A stretch of 64,000 nucleotides of DNA from Ruditapes philippinarum (Eukaryota), in NCBI RefSeq assembly GCF_026571515.1, contig NW_026866095.1:62001-126000 (forward strand), given 5' to 3'. The notes beneath the pieces were generated by a model that was not told the origin of the DNA, searched no databases, and saw only the letters and a program-made list of their open reading frames with translations. This document shows positions 50,532-64,000 of the stretch, in pieces. A program made the position numbers and the translations under genes. The stretch's first letter is position 1. Each line of letters begins with the position of its first letter.

Positions 50532-52004
50532 CTGTAATGGGGAAAAAACAACATATTGTTACTATAAATAAATAGACAATCAATGAATAGGGAACGTCTC
50601 AATCCATGTGACAAACTTTGATTGCAACAACACATCGACACAACAATATGCCCCTTTTTTATTCCTTTTAAAATTTACAGGATAAATTATATATGCCCAA
50701 AAATTATATTTCTTATTGCTTTGGCATCTTGTTTTAAAGATAAGCTCAAACATCTCCTCTCTCAATTTTGAAGAAGTTTTACTGTACAGGTCTATCCTTG
50801 GCCGACAAAAAATGTGAACAAATATTTGCGTCCAATCTCAGTGTCCAATCAATACAGCCAATCATATTTTATTAGATTTAGGATAAACCAGCATTATAAA
50901 GGATGACACCAGTCCATGCATTAGATTTCCCAAATGTTGTTTTCTGTACTAGAAAATTGTGCAAAACCTTAATCAATTATTAGTAAACGTGTTTTAAAGC
51001 CACTTAGACAAGACACAGAAACTTGAAAGGGAAATCCTGGGGGGATATTAATGTTCGAGATTAATGAAACTGCCGATGAGGCAACTTTCTGCTAGGATTC
51101 ATTAATGGGATCTGTTATATTCACAATCAATAGTAAAACAACTACATTGGTATATTATATATATAACATAAGTACAAAATGGTTTTTCATTAAGTTTGTA
51201 TCTTCATTTTATATGATTGCATTCCAATCACTTCATACTGCTAAATAACCAATAAGATTTGTTGCTTTTTTTGTAATCTCTTGTATAATTATATGCATTT
51301 ATTATCTTCAAATTTAAAGATTTTTAACAATTCCAAATATGACAGATCTTTTACGCGATAATGTTTGAGAAATCCCTATAATTCTACAGTCGTGCTTAGT
51401 AGGACTACTTAGTTGAACTCACTAATGAATAGACTCACTAAGGAATAGTGCACTGATCTTTGTTAACAAAAGTCACTCAATACGTCTGTGACAAAGTGTA
51501 TGCTGGCCTTAATCTAAACTAGTAACAAAGTCAAGTATTATCATTGGCAGCACTAAACATGGTAAACATGTTATTACAATCTATATACATATAAGTTCTG
51601 TCTATGTATCATCACATTAATAAGCAGGCTACAAGGATAATTACATGAGTTGACATGTTGATCATTTTATTAATGCATTATTATGAATTACATGTCCTGG
51701 AAATTGTGTAAATGGCTTCAGGGAATAATGACACCAATATGTCATTTAGTACATTATAATGGACATTACCAAATTAAAACCCCACTAAAGGACATGATTT
51801 TATATGACAGTTTTAGTTGAAAACAATATTTGTTCCATCAAGTCTAATACACCTCTGCTGTTTTAGATGACTTAACAATGTGTAGAAGTTTGCATAAAAT
51901 TGACATAAGTGGCAAATACAACAGACTTTTGCCATCAGAATCATAACATAGTATTACACAAACTATAAATAACATCATTATTGCAAATTTTAACTCCCTA
52001 AATA

Positions 52005-52603
52005 CTAAACTGCCTGAATACTAGCAAATCGTCATAATAGCAAGTTTAAACTGTCTGAAATAATAGCAAGTTTAAACTGTCTGAAAACCGGTAGATTAAC
52101 ATAATAGCAAGTATAAACTGCCTGAATACTAGCAGATCGTCATAATAGCAAGTTTAAACTGTCTGAAAACTAGTAGATTAACATAATAGCAAGTATAAAC
52201 TGCATGAATACTAGCGGAATAATATATTTGCAAGTTGTTATTCCCTGAAATCTAACAGAATTATGTATTTGCAAGTTGTAATTCCCTGAATACTAGCAGA
52301 ATAATATACTTGGAAATAGTTTTTTCCTGAATACTGATAGAATAATATACTTGGAAGTTGTTATTCCCTGAATACAGTATAAGCATAATACACTTGGAAG
52401 TTGTTATTCCCTAAAAACTAGCCAAAATAATATACTTTGAATTTTTTATTCCCTGAAAACTAGTAGAATAATTATGAATTGTTATTCCCTGAATACTAGT
52501 AGAATAATATATTTGCAAGTTGTTATTCCCTGATAACTAACAGAGTAATGTTTTTGCAAGTTGTAATATCCTGAATACTGACAAAATAATATACTTGGAA
52601 GTT
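52005..52603. repeat. Compound minisatellite, about 41-bp units
   Basis: ATAATAGCAAGTTTAAACTGTCTGAA-type units grading into GAATAATATACTTGGAAGTTGTTATTCCCTGAATACTAGCA-type units. Confidence 0.85.
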
Positions 52604-52871
52604 GAGTACAGAACAATCCCCACAATGATCACTGTCTCTGAGTGAAAACATTTATCAAGAAATGACAACAATCATGTTGCTTAAATGTTGGCAGTTACTT
52701 GAGTACCAGTAAGTTCTAGGTCATTTTTGTATAAAAAACAAACTTAAATATTTTGGGTATATTTAGTATCTGTCCTTACATAGCAAATGTGTCACTTTAT
52801 AGCAAATGTCTATAAAAAACTATGATTATATTCATTGTATATGTTAATATTTATATACATATATATAACAT

Positions 52872-53147
52872 GGGGCGCGTCCGTGGCCGAGTGGTTAAGG
52901 TCGTTGACTTCAAGCCACTTGCCCCTCACCGCTGTGGGTTCGAATCCCCCACAGGGACTTTGGATTCTTTCATGTGAGGAAGCTATCCAGCTAGCTTACG
53001 GAACGTCGGTGGTTCTACTCAGGTGCCTGTTCGTGCCTGAAATAATGCACGGAAGGGCACCTGAGGTCTTCCTCCACCAGTAAAGCTGGAACGTCGCAAT
53101 ATGACCTATACTGTGTCGATGTGACGTAAAACTCAAAACAAAAAAAC
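52872..53147 (+). mobile_element. Intact tRNA-derived SINE (central domain resembles mollusc Meta-SINEs, from recall)
   Basis: A box TGGCCGAGTGG, B box GGTTCGAATCC, A-rich tail, 11-bp TSD ATATAACATGG at 52863-52873 and 53148-53158. Confidence 0.92.
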
Positions 53148-56100
53148 ATATAACATGGAACAAGGCATAATCTCAGCTCAAGTCATCCCATTCATCTTTA
53201 CAGTTTGACCAGGTTCTATAATACCATTCTACTCAATTTTTGCATTTTGATATTGAAATCCCTTTCACTAATAATGGACTATTCCAAATTCAAAGCAGGA
53301 CAACAACCATTATATAGGTATATAGGTCCGGCATAGTGAACATTACGATTATATCAAGCAGAAAATGAAAACAAATAAAATGGTACAGTATTTATTTATT
53401 TTCAACCAAATAAAAGATTAATGAATCACTGAATTGTAAAAATGCAACATTGATTTCACTGATCAAATAAATGAAACTATCATATATAGCTTTAGGCATT
53501 AATATTTATTTTATGACTCACTAGCTTAATTCATTTACATTTTAATATTTTCTACACAGATCCGCTTCAAAGGAGTTCATGTTTAATGAAGTGAATAAAT
53601 TCACATATGTTTCTCATTTCCTTTAACATAATGACATCTATTACAGCATATGCTTAAATCACTTCAAATTTACTTACCCAACCCAAAAACAGAGAAAGAA
53701 AAATATAATTATAAGTAAAATGAGATTAGAAAGTAAAAATCTACCCTTTTTTCTGAAAAATATTTATAAATGGTCTTGCCCTCTTTGAATTTAGAACATT
53801 CCATTGTTATGATAGGGGATTTCAATATTGAAATATCAAAATTTAACATCGAACAACACAAATAGTCTAGCCAGTCTGCAGAGTGGCCTCAGACACAACC
53901 AATTGTCATTTCCAGGATTCAAAGGCATTAAGTAAAATATTTATTCAGAGCAGGCAAAAAATGGGGGGAAAAATTGAAATTCATATATTCATAATATATG
54001 TGATAATTAAGATATGTCCAATCACATGCGATCATTATCCAAAAAAAAGCTTTGTCACACCTTAGATATAGGTAAAATTTTGAAGATAATTTATTCAAAA
54101 TTCTAATTGCAAAATATGAACAGTTATAAATTCCATGCACAATTTGAAGTTATAAATTTAATTAGTGAGTCATAGTTGTTGATTACGCCTTCATGCCAAA
54201 GGAAATATTTTGGCTTCTTTCAACTGAATTTCAAATAAATTTATGATTCATAATTTGAAACATTTTGTCATTCAGGTGGGTTTTGTTATGCAAAGTCTCA
54301 AATATATATTTCTCATGTGAAATTTAGTCATCAACAGTGTCTATATAGCATTAAATTTAAATTGCAAAATGGCCTTGAAGTTCTGTTTCTAAGAATAGCC
54401 TTGAATTTCAGACGTAATAAATTTTTTCTTCCAGTAATCATTTTCACATCAGCCACTTCATATTATAACCGGTAGCAACGATTTCCAAAAATTAAAACAC
54501 TTCAATCTCTTTCTAAAACTGTTTAAAATGTTAAATGCATCTCTGTTACAATACAACTACTTGCCAGTCTGTTGTAATGTTGACCTTAACAGCCTGGCAA
54601 GGACTTTTAGATTTTCAAAGCCCTATTGGGGCAGTGTGATGTTAAATATCCACACTGCACCCACTGAATTTGTGTGATTGAATTCTTATCAATTTTTATT
54701 ATACCAAGTATTAGTGAAAGCAATTCAACAGCATTGTAAAATTCGAAAAAAAAATAGAATAAAAAAATTTCAGACAATGTAAATCAACCATTTGTATAAT
54801 CTATAAATAAATATTGTTTATTCATTTATTCATCACATTATTCTGTAAATTATATACTTCAAACTAAAATAAACTGATTTATAAACAGTTTGAAAATAAA
54901 GGAAATTAACTGCAGATATTCCAGTCTGGTATAGCACATTAATTTTGTTACATCTTTTACCTAAAAATAATGTCTACTTCTGCTTTAGTTATTTGCAATC
55001 TGAAGCATCCCTGAAATGTTACAATGGACACTTCCAAATCTAAGACTGGAACTGCCTATTACTCAAAATAAAGGATTGTGGACAAGTTTACTAATCACTG
55101 ATGTGCAGTGAACAAAAACGCTATTCAGGCACAATCTGGCAACCGTTTAGTAGCTACTTCACATTCAGGGCTTAAACTTTGAATGTGACTTGTCCGTTTA
55201 ACAAAGTCACAGACTGTAAACAATTATGGTTAAAATTAATCTATGCAATATAACCTATTATAGCTTTCAAGTTCTTTTAAAATCTATATGAATTACAATT
55301 AAAATTAAAGATTTCACTGCAAAAGTATTTGTAATTTTCAAAGTAAGAAGCTGAAAACTGAACAATCCAAATACATGATAAATATACAAGAAGAAATTTG
55401 GTACATGAAGGCTATGAAATAAAACAGAACAAAACTTCCAACAACATAAACTACCAACACCATCACAGCCAATCCATCACCAGGTTCCAATTACACTAAT
55501 TTTACCTCAATGGGCTAACATCATTCAATTTTAGTTTTTAGAATTGTCTTACATAGACAAGACAGACAGAGTTTTAACAGAACATATGCTAGAATAGTAG
55601 TGACTCTTTCCTTTTAATTAAAATTGAATCCTACTATGAAATTTCCTACTACTTTATTTCATTGATAGAATTCACGTATTTGTTTTTTCCCCAACGAAAA
55701 CATATCTTTTTCCCAATCAGTGAAAAGTGATAGTTCTAAATTTTAGTTATAGTTCTAAATTTTAGTTTTATATGACCAGGGGTCATCTCATTGTATGTAT
55801 TTATTCTAGGCTTAATGAGGGTCCACCAGACCTTTCAGGACCCCAGACATGTTATCAACCATGTCCTTGGTCATCTAATTAAATTTGTCATTTTCTGTTA
55901 AATAAGAAATGACTCATGCTCACCTTCGTGGGATACTTTGCCTCCCTAATTCTAGAACTGTTCTTCCACCCTTACAGTATAGACAGCCCCTAACAAAGAA
56001 TCATTGTACAAGAGGTACAGAGACTGCCTGCTTTATTATAAGTGAAAGTCATTAGGATTTAGTCAATATTCTGTTCTGTTGATACATTCATTGTCCAGCT

Positions 56101-57109
56101 CATGTTTCTCTCCCAACAGAGCCTTGCTTGTGATAATTGCATTATTCTATTTTGAATAAGACATGATAATCACATGACTAAGTCACTTCCTGTTGTAAAC
56201 TGTGAATTATTCATACAGCTTCTAGACAATTATATTTGAAATTTAATAATGGACCCTGACAATAGATTATATGAGAACAAAGATTGAAAGAATATTTGTC
56301 TTTGAAAACATACCCTGTTTGTAACCCTATTTTATCAAATGTAAAACATGCATGATTATGTACAACTTCTGGTCTCAAAAAAAAAACAACCCAAAGTCTA
56401 CCTTTTAATATCTGTCAATCTGACTAACTCATTTCACATGGCATTCTGTTTTTAACAGTATTTAAGTGAAGTATCTAAGTGCCACTTGACCAATATATCT
56501 AGTAATCTACAAGCCAATAAACAAAATACAATTATGGAAGTATCTGTTTTTGCTGATTAAAAGCTTTGTGGAAAGGAAGCAAGAACCAGGTATACACATC
56601 CCTTAATTAACCTAAAATTACAATATTTCAGACAGAGAATAGAGATTTTATAGAGAATAAAGGTACCACAGATTAAAATAGCACCAGTCATTTGTAGCCT
56701 TGTTCTCCTACTACTGGAGATGAAGTGTATTTCTACATGTACATGTTCCCTCTGTCTCGGCACAGACCGGTTGTGCCAACAATAGCAAGTATGCACTCTA
56801 CCATACATTGAAGGCATGTAACCATCTTATTGCCCTTGAATTTAAGGGATGTTGTTGGTCCCCTCAACCGCAGTAGTGGTGGTGTTGGTAGTTTTAACTC
56901 TGGTTCACTGAGATGTGGTATTCCAGGTACCAAATGACTGGTGTATAGAAGAAACTTCAAATATTTATAGAGAAATACTTTATAAATAAATTGTAGCTAG
57001 AAAGATAAGATATTAACTGCAATAATGTATATAAATGCAGTCTGACTTTAAATTAGTAGTGTGTTGTTAGGAGATAAAGCCACTGCACTTCAGTGTAATT
57101 GTTTACAAT

Positions 57110-57775
57110 GACTAAAGCTGCTAACAGCTAACAAAGTTAAAATCTGAATTAGTAATTAACTACTAACAGCTAAAAGACCTAAAATCAAAATCAGTAATAA
57201 GCCGCTTACAGTTAAAGATTCTGAATAAGTGATTAGATGCTTACAACTAAAGTACTAAAAATTTGGAGAAGTAATGAACTGCTAATAGCTAAAGAGCACT
57301 TTGTGTAAACTTTGAATTACAAATTACATTTGTACTTGCTAACAGCTAAAATCTGAAATATTAATTAGGTGCTAAATGTAGCAGCTACAGTGGGCTACAT
57401 TAAGAAATTTGACAGGTAAAATTAGAATATCAATTAGCTGCTACCTGTACAGCTAAAAGAGCTTAAATATGAATTAGTAATTGGCTGCCAACAGCTAAGG
57501 GAGCTACATGTAAGACAAGAATAAGTAATTTGGTATGTACAACAAGAGAGAGCTAAAATCAGAATTAGTAAATGGCTGCTAACAGCTAAGAGAGCTACAT
57601 GTTAATTCAGAATAAGTAATAAGCTGCTTACAACTAAGAGCGCTAAAATCAGAATTAGTAATTAGCTGCTTACAACTAAGATAGCTAAAATCAGAATTAG
57701 TAATTAGCTGCTTACAACTAAGAGAGTTAAAATCAGAATTAGTAATTAGCTGCTAGCAGCTAAAAGAACTAGAAT
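57110..57775. repeat. Minisatellite, about 41-bp unit
   Basis: ACAACTAAGAGAGCTAAAATCAGAATTAGTAATTAGCTGCTT, most homogeneous at the 3' end. Confidence 0.85.
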
Positions 57776-57942
57776 CACTACAATTCTATATATTTTACAC
57801 AGACAGGACTTGCCTATTTCAATTGATGCTTCTTCTTGTTTTGATTCCTTTGCTAAAAATAAACAAAACATGCAACAACCATATTATACAACAATAAAAA
57901 CTAAAACTCAACTGATACATGGTAAATTCATGCATTTATGTA

Positions 57943-58106
57943 CAGTAAAACTTGTATAACATAAGTTGACAAGAATATTTTCTAATGCAATAATTCACAA
58001 ACCATGGATTTGACACTTTAAATAAAAATTGATGAATTATAATAATGCTGGTTTTATTTAAGTCAAGGTTACTATTATAACTTGGTCTTACACACAGGTT
58101 TTACTG
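57943..58106. mobile_element. Short pogo/Tigger-like MITE
   Basis: TA-CAGTAAAACTTGT ... ACAGGTTTTACTG-TA. Confidence 0.65.
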
Positions 58107-61100
58107 TACATATTTTGGTTTCATGCATAAACAAAATGAACAAACAAAATCTCTGGCAGCAAAATAAAAATATATTTTATAGCAAAAAATTATGCTCAAA
58201 CATAAAATAACTCTTATATATAAACCTAAAATTACTAACAATTCACAGAACATTGGTAATTAACCCCTAAAATAATTTGTGGCACCTAATTGCTGATAAT
58301 TATGCTAAATACACTCTCAGAATGAAAGGTTGACTGGCTGCATAATATGTGACATTTTGAATACTTTATACAGTGTAGTAAGACTTTCACTACTATAATC
58401 AATGATAAAACTATTCACTACTAACCTGAAGAAAAACAGGCTAAAAAGTTCATATAGGTATGTTATAAATATCTTTTATATGGCTTATTAAATCTGTCAT
58501 TGCATTCAACGGAAATCGAAAATTTTAAATTTCAGCTTGTCTACTTTTTCCATAATTTTAAATGAGCGCATTGGCATGCTAATGTGTAATGTTCTTACAA
58601 ATGTAAAGATGATAACTAAAATAGACTAATTTGACTCTTATTTACCAGTCACCCTACGTTTTTTCAGAAGAATAACAACAAACTTGTCAAGACGTCACAT
58701 CATAGTCTTGCGTCTTTCGCGGATTTCCAGAAAATCTATTTTTAGAATATACTCTGAAAATCTGTTTTTAGGAAAAAAAACAGTGAATATACTCTGACAT
58801 TGACCTGTTATTTTTTACAAAAAGTTGCTTGTTAACCAATCAGGGAAAGGCATTAATCAATGCTATTTATAGATTATATAATAATACTACATGTATTTAT
58901 ATGCTTCCATGGAGTAACAATGTACATTCTATAAAGACATGTGGTTTTTCTGTTAAATATAATATGATATACTTTTAATTCACATTCACCAGTAAAATAA
59001 TATTTTAATAATTTCATAATGAAATATAATTTCACAGTCGTACTGAAAAATATAAAATTGTAATAAAGCAAATTCCATATCATCATATAGTTTGTTTATA
59101 ACCATACAGGAATTGAAAATTCTACTTACTCATACTTACAAGTAGAGTTTGAGAGATTTTATTGCAGGACAAGTACAAAATGAATGCCACTCATAGAATA
59201 AGCAATGTGGGGCTCATCCAGCAGCAAAAATATTCTTCAATTCCTGTCATTTTTCTGATTTTCCTAACATCTTTGTGAACAAGCAAAATTTTTTTCAGAT
59301 CAAGCTGAACAATATCATATGGGACAGTGAGCTTAATATACAAGATTTATTTATAATATTTTTAAGAAAAAACAACAATATTATTATGTTACAACGGCAC
59401 TAAATCAGTCTGCAGTGTTGTGCAGTTTTCTTTGAGCATTTTTGGGGCCAATGTTTGACTAATTCCCTTCTTCAAACAATATATTTTTATGCCTACAGTA
59501 CATTTAGCAAAATTTCCCCTTCATAGACAAAATATATATAATTATATATACATGTATAAATAAAAAAAATTGAAACTTCAGAACTTGAAGGTCCTGATAT
59601 ACAATATATAAAACAAATTTTGTCCCTTTTACTTATTTTCGTCATAACAGGGGGTAATTGTCATCAATATTGCTTCATGATTGTATAATTAACAAAATTT
59701 TTCTGTCCAAAACGGACCAGCCTGTGACCATTCCCCATCAAAGTCATGTTGTTTCCTTTTTCCTATTCTGTTTAATCATCATTTCCTATGGAACAATTCA
59801 TTAGCACAAAATGGTGGAATTTTCTTTTGATGTAATTTTTTTTTCACCAAATTTTTTTATCATTACCATAACATTTAAGATGTTTACAAGTATTTGAAAA
59901 TCACTGCGCAATATATTTAATCTACATCAGTCTGTTAATTATGTCTAACATTCTAAATATTTTACAATAAAAATTTAAGTACAAAACATTGCAAAATTTT
60001 CATGCAGCTGTTTTCAACATCATGAACATTAGGGTGCCTGCAAAAAGAATTTTGTTCCAAATAAACAAAGCATGTTATAAACTCATACAGTGCATAGTTA
60101 TTTATTCTACCTAGAGTCCTTGTCTGCAAAATTGTTTTGCCAAACCTTTATCTAAAGATCACCTCTGAACTACAATTATATTATCATTTTTAAAATACAT
60201 GTAATTGCATTTTTTCTATTTATATGAATTAGAACTTGGCTTGTTTAGATGTTTAAACAACATATCATATCAAATCTGCATCAAAAATATAATGCAAATA
60301 TCAAATTGAAAATAAAATTCCAAATAGCTTTCAGTATTTTATTGAAAAAGACCTTTTTTGATACTGTTTATTTTTTTTAATCAAATTTTTACCAAATAAT
60401 ATCTTTGAGTATAAAAAAAATAAAATGTCTTGTGAAAAACACTACCATTACAGTACACTATCAAAAGTAAATTTATTGTAGACAAATAGGATTTGAATAT
60501 TTGCCCAATTTACAAATACAATGTTGTTTGATGTGTAATCTTAAGTTTAAGAGTTCAATATATGGGCTTTGAGCTCTAGTAAATATCATATCACAGCCCT
60601 ATACACACAGTCATCATATGCATACTGCATATATAAGATAGGAAACTTAATTCACGCTGCTTATACCTGATGGATTTTCTTTCACCTTTCACATATTTCT
60701 ACTATATACATTACATTGTATAAAAAATAAAAAAAATAAAAAAATTCCTTGTGATAACCTGATAGATTAACATTATGTCAGAGATAAAGTTACTAATCAA
60801 ATTTGACTGATTATGAACAATAGGTTGTGAAAGTCAAATTATCACCATGTTTGCACTACATCTAAAAAGATTAGCAAATGGGGTGACTTTGCAAGTTTTA
60901 TAGTCCTTATGTAGTATCGGAATTTTTCATAATTATCTGTGACTATAATGATAATTCACCATAGTTAGCAGTTCTCACATTTTCTTTTTGCCCACTTCCA
61001 TTGAAAAGGTCACCTTTACTAGTGCAGAAAAACCTGAGAGTTGCCCTCTGTTTATTTTTTCAGACTCATGCGTACAAATACTTGTCTATCTGGACATAAA

Positions 61101-61709
61101 AAACTCAAAGTCCCTGGTGGGATTCACAAGTGATTTCGAGTCTGGGACTTTAACCAGTTGACCATTCATGAGGACCCCTTTGAAACATTATAAACAATGA
61201 AACAAATTACAGTCAAAATCTTAACAAAGGTTGTACAGTCATGTAAATGCGGTCTTTGTTGAAAGGTGGTCCCTGATGAAGAGATGTTAGGGGAAAAGCC
61301 ATTTATGAAATAGAAAACTAAAATATTAACATTTAAAGATTTTTTTCATTATAATGGTATAAATGCGTATCTATATTTTAGCAAAGTTTTTATTGTACAT
61401 GATTGTATAAAAGAAGGTTATCATGACTGTCCTATATATTACAATGATGAACATGAATACATCAGGCGATGTGTACGTTCACCATCATTTTATCATTGAG
61501 TACTACTGATGCCCGTAATAAGGGTAGTAGTTTGCTACACTAAAATGTATTTAGGTTAAATTTCAAAGTGCTTCAAAATAACAAACAGACCATCAACTTG
61601 ACAAGGCCAATCGTAAAGTTAACAGTATATATTGAGTGTTATGTTACAGGTTTAATTATATACAATATAAAATCACAATATCAAATAAAACATCAGGAGA
61701 CTGAGGTTA

Positions 61710-61907
61710 TTAACCCTTTTTAAAAGTTGGGGTACCTATTAAATTCATTAAATGGACTTGTTAAGCTAGTATGTTTGGAACTGTCCATTATCTATTTAGG
61801 AGAACAGTTATAGTAATGGGTCAGACTACACTGATGTGCAGACTGGCTTGGCTCTCTACTGGGTGGAAAATGCTAGTCACTTTCCATTTCAGCACAGTAA
61901 GGGTTAA
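61710..61907. mobile_element. TTAA-type MITE copy
   Basis: TTAACCCTT ... AAGGGTTAA with the shared internal ggtcagact...gtgcagactgg core. Confidence 0.65.
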
Positions 61908-62057
61908 ACCACAGGAACTTGAAATTCTATCAATATTAACGATAATATCCAAAATATACCCCCTATACAGTATAAATAAACAGTTTATTTATACTGTATA
62001 GGGGGTATATTTTGGATATTATCGTTAATATTGATAGAATTTCAAGTTCCTGTGGTT
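61907..62057. repeat. Perfect 151-bp palindrome (75-bp arms, 1-nt centre at 61982)
   Basis: Arms compared by eye, no mismatch found. Confidence 0.93.
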
Positions 62058-63296
62058 AAACTCTATATGGATTAATTACCAGATTAAAAAAATAAACATA
62101 TTAAATTTCTGATATAAATTTTTAACTTATAAAGAATGAGTTTAGTGCCTGTTTACAACCTATTACTTATATACATGTTTTGGTTGGCAGTAATCTTGCA
62201 TTTGTTCAAGGTTAACCCAACTTTCTCCACATCTAATAGACCATTCATGAAAGATACAAAAGTACAATATAAAGGGCTCTAGAAACTGTGTTGTCAACAT
62301 ATTTTAAGGCACACAAAGGTTAAACCAGACCCTGTTTATAAGTTGCTCATTTATACCACTTCTATTACTGTGGTCCCTTAAATAGCTTGGCATTTTAATA
62401 AAACAGTATGATAATTTAAAGGGACACCACCGACGTTTTTTGAAACACAAGGGCACTGAAAATATTTTTCCAAGATTTGTATACCATTTTATGTAGGTTA
62501 GGACAATTAACTTGTGTTCAAATTTTCAGACCATTCCCTCACCCTGTTTTTCAAGAATAATCATTTTTACAGTTCAAAATGACTCAAAAAATCAAATCAG
62601 GCCAAGAATCACTCATTGCCATTGGATTGCCAGTATAATTCTGGGTATATTTCTTTAATATCCCTTGCAGATTTTTTTTCGATCTATTTAAGAATTTTAA
62701 ATTTCATGTTTTTAGGCTTTTTGACCTCAGTGGAGTTAAATGTAAATCAAATTGATATCATTTCAATACAGAATGATTTGCATTACATTTTTAATGGAAA
62801 AAAATGCTTGCTGTACTTTCTTATTACAAGACTTACAATTGAGCTTGCCCTGATTAGAATATGGGGTGGGACTGCAAATTGCAATTTTATGGGATTTTAC
62901 CATTCTTATACCAAAGAGCCTCACAGAATAGAATCTGGCCAAAAATGAAAGCCATGGAGACTGTCCTGGTTTCTTAGAGGTGACATTCAAGTAAGTAAAA
63001 AAAAAAATTGATTTTCTCATACTGTACATGTAAAAGTATATTAAACCCTTAATCTGCTGAATTTGTGTAATTGATTACATTTGCCATTCTCTGAATTTTT
63101 TTGGAGCAGTGCCAGTCCATTTAAATTTTCAGGGATTTCAATGTCAAACTAAAAAATTCAGCTAACAACAAAACAGCCTGTTCATACTGCAAGAATGAGC
63201 AAGCCAGCCTGACTATGTACTGATAGCAAATGCTAATCACTTGGTTAAGTGTTTTAAATGTACAAAATCAATAACTCAATATACTGATAAATACAC

Positions 63297-63425
63297 AAAA
63301 ATCAATTCACTAAAAAACACCCCCTTTAAAATTTTACAAACATGTTTTCATTAATTTGTCAAATTAAAGAAAACAACATGTTTGTAAAACTTTAAAAGGG
63401 GTGTTTTTTAAGTGAATTGATTTTT
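63297..63425. repeat. Imperfect palindrome, about 60-bp arms
   Basis: AATCAATTCACT...AACATGTTTTC / centre TTAATTTG-T-CAAATTAA / ...AGTGAATTGATT. Confidence 0.88.
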
Positions 63426-63740
63426 TGATACTCATCTTAATTTATATTCATATTACTAAGTTGAGTAACTATTTGCTCCAGTGGCTTTATAATAAAATTT
63501 ATGTACAATAACATGTAAATATAATATATATGCAGAGTTAAACTTAAACTTTACTGGCTATAAATTAAAACTTACCGTAACTTTGTAAAAAAGATTGTTC
63601 TGCATGATAATATGTGACAGTCTATTTAAACAGAGACCGGCAAACATTAGGAAAGCATTCTTTTCCACTAAGAAACTTGTAATATACTGTCTAGGTATTT
63701 GTTGTTGATACATGTATTTTATGAGAGGTGAGTAATCAGT

Positions 63741-63820
63741 TATAATAATAATAATAATAATAAAGACTTTATTTAAAGAGGCAACATAGTTAGGCAAGCC
63801 CAGTCTTCCCTATGAGCCTC
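63741..63820 (-). mobile_element. 3' tail of a CR1/L2-like LINE or a LINE-dependent SINE
   Basis: Minus strand reads AGAGGCTCATAGGGAAGACTGG...CCTCTTTAAATAAAGTCTT followed by (TAT)n. Confidence 0.55.
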
Positions 63821-64000
63821 TATCAGAAATGGTTTAATTCTCAGAAGTAGATATAGTAAGGAATTGCATTTATTCAGCGTCATCTTGACATGTGTTTTCC
63901 AATTAAGTGTATGATCAACATGGACTCCTAAAAGTTTTTCTGTTTCTGAGAATTGAATGCTTTCATCTTGCAGAGTGATGTTGAAATCACTAGAATTATT

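Noticed and set aside
50830-50865. Three CCAAT boxes as an internal SPHK promoter
   Set aside because: The downstream exon begins with a normal acceptor and there is no other promoter evidence.
52872-52950. tRNA gene
   Set aside because: The tRNA-like head continues into a SINE body with tail and TSD; no complete cloverleaf or oligo-T terminator.
62416-62620. Kolobok-like element starting TTAAAGGGACAC
   Set aside because: No matching right terminus found, so it cannot be delimited.

Overview
AT-rich animal genomic DNA, not prokaryotic. The repeat content suggests a bivalve mollusc (inference). It holds two convergent, intron-rich genes. (1) Plus strand, 379-28314: a Fas-binding factor 1 (FBF1/Albatross) orthologue, a centriolar distal-appendage/transition-fibre coiled-coil protein. 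23 exons can be placed at AG/GT sites (one partly garbled), about 3 more lie in garbled sequence, and the start codon is upstream of the window. (2) Minus strand, 42984-50531: a sphingosine kinase with 5 exons covering the C1-C5 motifs; its 5' exon(s) are not securely identified. Introns and intergenic DNA contain Helentron/HINE-type elements with satellite-like arrays, tRNA-derived SINEs (one intact with an 11-bp TSD), Tc1/mariner, pogo-like and TTAA-type MITEs, minisatellites and two long palindromes. The most unusual observation is tandem repeats built from copies of the genes' own splice junctions: 10 decoy donors after an SPHK exon, and decoy acceptors before an FBF1 exon. Also notable: an RVxF plus tandem 14-3-3-type motif cluster in the SPHK insert, the FBF1-SPHK linkage, a perfect 151-bp palindrome next to a MITE end, and homopolymer-corrupted patches that are probably assembly errors. 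Most short ORFs in the supplied track are spurious.
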